A DNA stretch of 35,787 bases, taken from positions 1 to 35,787 of the IMG/VR virus record IMGVR_UViG_3300025018_000328; one strand, 5' to 3'. Of the stretch, positions 31,507-35,787 are shown piece after piece. The translations under genes and the position numbers were made by a program. The notes beneath the pieces are model-generated. The model was not told where the DNA came from. It saw only the letters and a program-made list of their open reading frames with translations, and did not search any database. Every line of letters begins with the position of its first letter. Position 1 is the stretch's first letter. This DNA comes from a virus (lineage: Duplodnaviria > Caudoviricetes).

Positions 31507-31777
31507 GTTTGTTTAATGTTTTTTCAATTTCATAGACAGTAAGAAGTTTTTTTTCTTTAGCTATAGAGTATAGTATTTCACGAATGTTTTCTACAGACAT
31601 ATTGGATTTGATTAATTCCTCTGTGTAATAAGACACTGCGTCTATTGTGTGTGGGATATTAAGTGTTGAGAAGTAGTTTTTCACAAGCAAAGCGACTTCT
31701 TGGGATTTATTAAACATAACAGTATTAAAGATAATGCTTTTTATAAAAAAAAGTAAATAATATTTATTTATCTTCAT
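31490..31777 (-). CDS. Hypothetical protein (true start may be the ATG at 31717)
   Basis: Last ORF of the - strand block; small helical protein. Confidence 0.55.
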   Translation of the reverse strand: MKINKYYLLFFIKSIIFNTVMFNKSQEVALLVKNYFSTLNIPHTIDAVSYYTEELIKSNMSVENIREILYSIAKEKKLLTVYEIEKTLNKLNLVS

Positions 31778-32102
31778 TATTATTTAAGTTATCAACAGAG
31801 TTATCAACCTGTTCATAAGTGTTTAAATCACCGATAAGGTTAGTGATTGAATTGCTTACTATCTCAAGTTTTTTCAAAGCGTCGTCAAATATTTCTATTT
31901 CATTATTGTTTTCTAATCTAAGTAATCTTTTGTCCATAACCGTTAATTCTAACTGAATTTCATCGATTTTGTCCATCATAATATTTATAGTCATAAGCAT
32001 GTGTCCTTTGCAACAATTAATCATATTGGATGAGTTATCTTTTGTACAAGCAGGACATTCAGGATCATGAGGTATAGATTTTTCAAACTCTTCGTGTGTC
32101 AT
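31764..32102 (-). CDS. Hypothetical protein with a Cys/His cluster and coiled coil
   Basis: AAGGAG SD. HDPECPAC...CCKGH followed by heptads. Confidence 0.7.
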   Translation of the reverse strand: MTHEEFEKSIPHDPECPACTKDNSSNMINCCKGHMLMTINIMMDKIDEIQLELTVMDKRLLRLENNNEIEIFDDALKKLEIVSNSITNLIGDLNTYEQVDNSVDNLNNNEDK

Positions 32103-32116
32103 ATAAGTAGTTCTCC

Positions 32117-32725
32117 TTAAAATGGTAGTTGTTCGGTAGAACCTGGTTGTATTGATAAAAATTTACCTATTTTATCTAACAAAAAAGCGTTTTTAGTAGA
32201 CTTATGAAACTTAAGAAGCTCGTCTTTTTTAGTGTCCCAAACTTCTTGGATAGTAAGACCTTCAAACGGCGGATATTTAAACATAGTTTTACCCACGTCG
32301 TCTACTTTGTATTGAGGGGGGGTATTTTTATAGGTTTCACGTGAAACACTATTACCGTCATCGTCTTCCTCACAAGGAATGGCTAATAACGCGGCTAATT
32401 GTTGTCTCTTACCATAGGTAATTGCAGCCCCTAATGATTGCATGTTTACACGTTCACCTAATTCTAGTTTTAGCATGCCGGATGACCACACTTCACCCGA
32501 TACGTGTTGTAGGATTGTTTCAAGACTAGAAAAGCCTTCGACTGTGCATACTTTATGAGATAGAAAAAAACCGTTATTGTTTAAAGGTTCCTTTGCAACT
32601 TTAATAATTTCCTCATAGGTTGCATACATTGATTTAAAGTGTGGATTTTCTGCGCTTTTTACTGCTTCTTTGATTGATTTTTGAACTGTTAGTAAAGCTG
32701 TGAATAACTGTGATTTGTTTTCCAT
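32117..32725 (-). CDS. erf: ERF-family ssDNA-annealing recombinase (start revised from 32740 to 32725)
   Basis: NPHFKSMYA, LETILQHVSGE and QSLGAAITYGKR..L.ALL.I..EEDDDGN are ERF signatures; GGAGG SD before the ATG at 32725. Confidence 0.92.
   Translation of the reverse strand: MENKSQLFTALLTVQKSIKEAVKSAENPHFKSMYATYEEIIKVAKEPLNNNGFFLSHKVCTVEGFSSLETILQHVSGEVWSSGMLKLELGERVNMQSLGAAITYGKRQQLAALLAIPCEEDDDGNSVSRETYKNTPPQYKVDDVGKTMFKYPPFEGLTIQEVWDTKKDELLKFHKSTKNAFLLDKIGKFLSIQPGSTEQLPF
32333..32348. promoter_or_regulatory. parS-like palindrome 2 (inside erf)
   Basis: GGTTTCACGTGAAACA matches the consensus at 15/16, with a perfect 14-bp core GTTTCACGTGAAAC. Confidence 0.78.
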
Positions 32726-32800
32726 TGAATATACCTCCATTTGAAAAGTTAAGTGTATATAAATTAATAATTTGTAAATGTAAACATCTTTTTTATAAAC

Positions 32801-32830
32801 AAAAAGACCGATATTGCTACCGATCTTTTT
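32801..32830 (-). terminator. Rho-independent terminator, - strand
   Basis: On the - strand: AAAAAGA-TCGGTA-GCAA-TATCGG-TCTTTTT, with a GNRA loop and G-U pairs that form only on this strand. Confidence 0.65.
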
Positions 32831-32942
32831 ATTTACTTTTTCAAACTAAAGATATATTACTAACAAACTTTGCAAGAAAGTTAGTGAGTAATCATTAACC
32901 TACCTTGTAAAAAAAATCAATAATTAATTAATTGGAATACGA

Positions 32943-33350
32943 ATGGACAAAGAAGCTTTAGAATTTATTCTAAAAGAAAAATATCCAGAAAAAAACATTT
33001 TTGTATTTGATGTGGATGCATATTCGTTTTGTAATTTATTGATAAATAATGAATATAGATTGAATTCAAGTTTAGAATTAGAAAAATACCTTGCTGATAT
33101 TTATAAAACATTAAATGTTAACTTTTTTACTAATACAAAAGAAAAGAAAAAAGAAAATAATTTTAAAAACTATACTAATATCTATTATTGTTTAAAGGTA
33201 AATGAACAAGATTTATTAACAACTATTGAAGTAAGAAGTTTAAAAAAGGAAATTGCACTGTTATTAAAACTAAAAACTTCAAGTTTTAGAGAAGTGGTAG
33301 AAGAAATATATGAGAAAATAAATCAATTAAAAAATAGCATGTCAAAATAA
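32943..33350 (+). CDS. Hypothetical protein
   Basis: 135-aa ORF upstream of the replicase. Confidence 0.65.
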   Translation: MDKEALEFILKEKYPEKNIFVFDVDAYSFCNLLINNEYRLNSSLELEKYLADIYKTLNVNFFTNTKEKKKENNFKNYTNIYYCLKVNEQDLLTTIEVRSLKKEIALLLKLKTSSFREVVEEIYEKINQLKNSMSK

Positions 33351-33380
33351 CATAACAACATAATCAAAGGAGGGCACATC

Positions 33381-35702
33381 ATGAATAAACTAGAACATGC
33401 ATTGGCTTATGCTAAATTAGGACTACGAATTTTCCCTTGTTTACCAAATACTAAAATACCAATAAAGAAAAAAGAGAATGAACTTAAAGGGGGGGCTTAT
33501 ATTTCCTCATGTGATCCGATTAAAATACAAGAGTGGTGGGGAGAAAATCCTAATTATAATATCGCCCTTGCTTGTGGTCATTTTTCAGGGGTTATTATGA
33601 CTGATTATGATTGTAAAGATGGCAAACAAGGACTTGAAAAGCTTAATGAATTAGTTGCTAAATTTCCAGAATTATCCTTTGCTCCTAGACAACGCACATG
33701 GTCTGGAGGGGCTCAGTTATTTCATAAATATTTAGATAACGAAGATTTTCCACAACTACAAGAATTATGGGGGTGTGTTGATACAAGGTCTACCGGTGGG
33801 TATGCAATGCTTCCAGGAAGCGTAATTGATGGAATAGAATATGAATGGGAGGCTGGAAGAGATATTTTTGACAACCCATTAATATCATTTTCAAAAGAAT
33901 TTAGAGCTACACTATTAAATGCCCCAAGAATCAATTCTAAAATGTTTAAAGAAATGGGAATTATTCATGGAGGGCGACAATATGCTGTTTTTATTAGAGC
34001 ATGCGATCTTAGAGGACAGGGACTAGAAATTGATGAAATATCAGAAATATTAATAAGTGAAAAATCAAACTATGAATTTAAACAGAATGATCAAAATGAA
34101 ATGCATAATGATGATTGGTTAAAAAAGTTAGCAGATCGAGTTTGTAAAACATATATAAAAGGGAATAGACAAAAAGAAATAGAAGTAGAAATACCTAATT
34201 TTAAATCACCTGAACCAATATTCCCTAACATGTTATTAAAAGGAAAAATAGGAGAAGCAATAATTACAGAAAGTAATAATCTATTACTTCCACCCGAAGT
34301 TTTATATACAAACTATCAATCGTTAATTGGAAGTCTTTTGTCTAAGAAGTTTATTTTACAACCAAAGAAAAATGATACATCTCATACAATATATCCAAAT
34401 TCTTGGTCTCTTACTATTTTACCTACTGGAAAAAGAAAATCAGCTGCATTAAAAAATGTTGGAACATATTTACATAAATTACAAGAGATGGAAAATAAAG
34501 ACTATAATATCAGATTTAAGGCATATAATCGCAATAAACATGTTTGGGAAACGGAAATTACAATTGGAAAATTTGACATAAAAAAAGAAGGTAACGAATA
34601 TAAGAGATTAGATATAAGTCAAAAAATAGCCCGAGCAGAAGAAAATATAGATCAACAAAAACCAGATATGCACTATTATTTTTTATCTAAAGCAACACCA
34701 GAAGGTTTAAAAACTCAAATGTCTTTAAATAGATGCGCTTCAATGTTGTTAATGAAAGATGAAATTACTTCTTTGTCAAAAGATTTTACTAAAAAAGAAC
34801 ATGGTGCAATCATTGAGGATTTCCTTGAAATGTATGAAGGTAAATCTGTTATTTCTGAATTTACTAAAAATAACGGAAATACTTACTTGAGCTACCCTTT
34901 ATTATCTATTATAGGGGCAACCACAACTGATGGTTTTAATTCGTATTTTGGGGGCAATAAAGAATATAGAGTGAATGGATTACTTCCAAGATTTGACATG
35001 ATTTGTTATCCTAATATAAATCAATTTGAAACAACTTTAAAAGATATAGAAACAAAATTCAGCACAGATATATTAAAAATGTTAATACAATTAGATATTT
35101 ATAATAGACCTAATATTACATTTAATGATCAAGATGGCAAAGTTATTACTCATACTTCTAAAAAGCTAGTGTTTGGAGAAAAAGCCTATAAACAATGGAT
35201 GAATATTGCTACAAATACATATAAAGAAATACATAAGAATAACATGGCTAATTCATGTGATTTTAATAATGCCTATTTATCTAGGTTTGCAACGACTATT
35301 GGTAAATTTTGTATACGGTTTCATGTTATAGATCATTTAGAGAGAGGGGAAGATTTAAAGGACATAGAAACCCATATTTCAGAGGATACTTTAAACGAAG
35401 CAATTATAGCAACCGACTACTATAAATCACAGTTTTTTAACCTCTTTAATTTATCAGAAAATGATAGAGATAAAAAGCCCTATTTTTTGCTGAAAAAAAT
35501 GATATATGCAAATTTATCAAAAACGACTTTTCGCGAACTGTCTAGAAGGTTTAGTGTTCCTAAAAATGAGTTACTAAAATGTTTAAGACAGTTGGAAAAA
35601 GCCGGTTTTTTGAAAATTGACAAAAAATCAAAAAATCAAATGGAGATCAATATAATACCAATAAATACAGAGCCTTATGAGGATTTTATAGATGAATTAT
35701 AA
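33381..35702 (+). CDS. Replicase: Prim-pol (AEP) N-terminal domain, DUF3987/YfjI-like P-loop helicase domain and C-terminal winged helix
   Basis: ALAYAKLGLRIFP, NIALACG, DYD, TWSGG and DTR..GGY..LPGS (Prim-pol). PTGKRKS, ATPEGL, LLMKDE, LSIIGATT and NGLLPRF (DUF3987-like). TFRELSR...L.QLEKAGFL (wHTH). AAGGAGG SD. Confidence 0.88.
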   Translation: MNKLEHALAYAKLGLRIFPCLPNTKIPIKKKENELKGGAYISSCDPIKIQEWWGENPNYNIALACGHFSGVIMTDYDCKDGKQGLEKLNELVAKFPELSFAPRQRTWSGGAQLFHKYLDNEDFPQLQELWGCVDTRSTGGYAMLPGSVIDGIEYEWEAGRDIFDNPLISFSKEFRATLLNAPRINSKMFKEMGIIHGGRQYAVFIRACDLRGQGLEIDEISEILISEKSNYEFKQNDQNEMHNDDWLKKLADRVCKTYIKGNRQKEIEVEIPNFKSPEPIFPNMLLKGKIGEAIITESNNLLLPPEVLYTNYQSLIGSLLSKKFILQPKKNDTSHTIYPNSWSLTILPTGKRKSAALKNVGTYLHKLQEMENKDYNIRFKAYNRNKHVWETEITIGKFDIKKEGNEYKRLDISQKIARAEENIDQQKPDMHYYFLSKATPEGLKTQMSLNRCASMLLMKDEITSLSKDFTKKEHGAIIEDFLEMYEGKSVISEFTKNNGNTYLSYPLLSIIGATTTDGFNSYFGGNKEYRVNGLLPRFDMICYPNINQFETTLKDIETKFSTDILKMLIQLDIYNRPNITFNDQDGKVITHTSKKLVFGEKAYKQWMNIATNTYKEIHKNNMANSCDFNNAYLSRFATTIGKFCIRFHVIDHLERGEDLKDIETHISEDTLNEAIIATDYYKSQFFNLFNLSENDRDKKPYFLLKKMIYANLSKTTFRELSRRFSVPKNELLKCLRQLEKAGFLKIDKKSKNQMEINIIPINTEPYEDFIDEL

Positions 35703-35787
35703 AAAGCAACTGTCAGTCCTGTCATCTGTGTATTCTATATTGGTAACTATATTTATAGTTTATATATATATATATATATTTATACCT
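35654..35787 (+). repeat. Terminal direct repeat, right copy
   Basis: Matches 1-134 at 133 of 134 positions. Confidence 0.97.

Larger units (their letters stand above)
1..35787. mobile_element. Complete tailed bacteriophage genome, podovirus-like, circularly assembled
   Basis: Terminal direct repeat. Ordered terminase-portal-scaffold-capsid-fibre-adaptor-nozzle-ejection-lysis modules plus a replicase. No tape measure, sheath or baseplate genes, and no host genes. Confidence 0.95.

Noticed and set aside
31490-31717. Resemblance to phage helicase loader/inhibitor (G39P-like) proteins
   Set aside because: Only a vague helical pattern ending in LTVYEI; too weak to call without a profile search.
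31709-31736. dif-like site (TTATGTTTAAT on the - strand resembles a XerD arm; 923-950 has a XerC-like arm)
   Set aside because: In each case the partner arm at 6-bp spacing does not match, and such half-sites are expected in AT-rich DNA.
4105-33934. Many - strand ORFs antisense to the large genes (e.g. 9127-9693, 15976-16581, 19520-20374, 27722-28225)
   Set aside because: They are fully nested opposite well-supported genes, lack motifs, and are explained by codon bias and repeats on the sense strand.

Overview
The window is a complete, circularly assembled genome of an AT-rich tailed phage with podovirus-like (P22/T7-type short-tail) architecture. The unit length is about 35,653 bp, and 1-134 repeats at 35654-35787 with one mismatch. 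Gene order on the + strand: small early genes, VRR-NUC nuclease, probable terminase small subunit, ParB-like/DNA methyltransferase fusion, terminase large subunit, portal, scaffold, major capsid protein, a ~9 kb block of decoration/fibre genes (including a 1925-aa repeat-rich fibre), tail adaptor and nozzle, ejection proteins, a lysis cassette (holin-like, lipoprotein, NlpC/P60) and a RusA-like gene. A short - strand block carries an ERF recombinase, and a Prim-pol/DUF3987 replicase is followed by a probable origin. I recognised no integrase, repressor, ParA, tRNA or CRISPR array. The most striking signal is two near-perfect bacterial chromosomal parS palindromes embedded in terL and erf, on either side of the putative origin, along with DnaA-box-like sites. 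This suggests the phage may use the host ParB/SMC (and possibly DnaA) machinery. Other highlights are a CFI-box-CTERM-like domain on an ejection protein, a probable capsid-docking domain present both alone and fused to the giant fibre, an apparently inactive RusA, a leaderless antisense zinc-ribbon gene, and a 41-aa ORF missed by the ORF track. All protein calls come from motif recognition and synteny; no searches were run.
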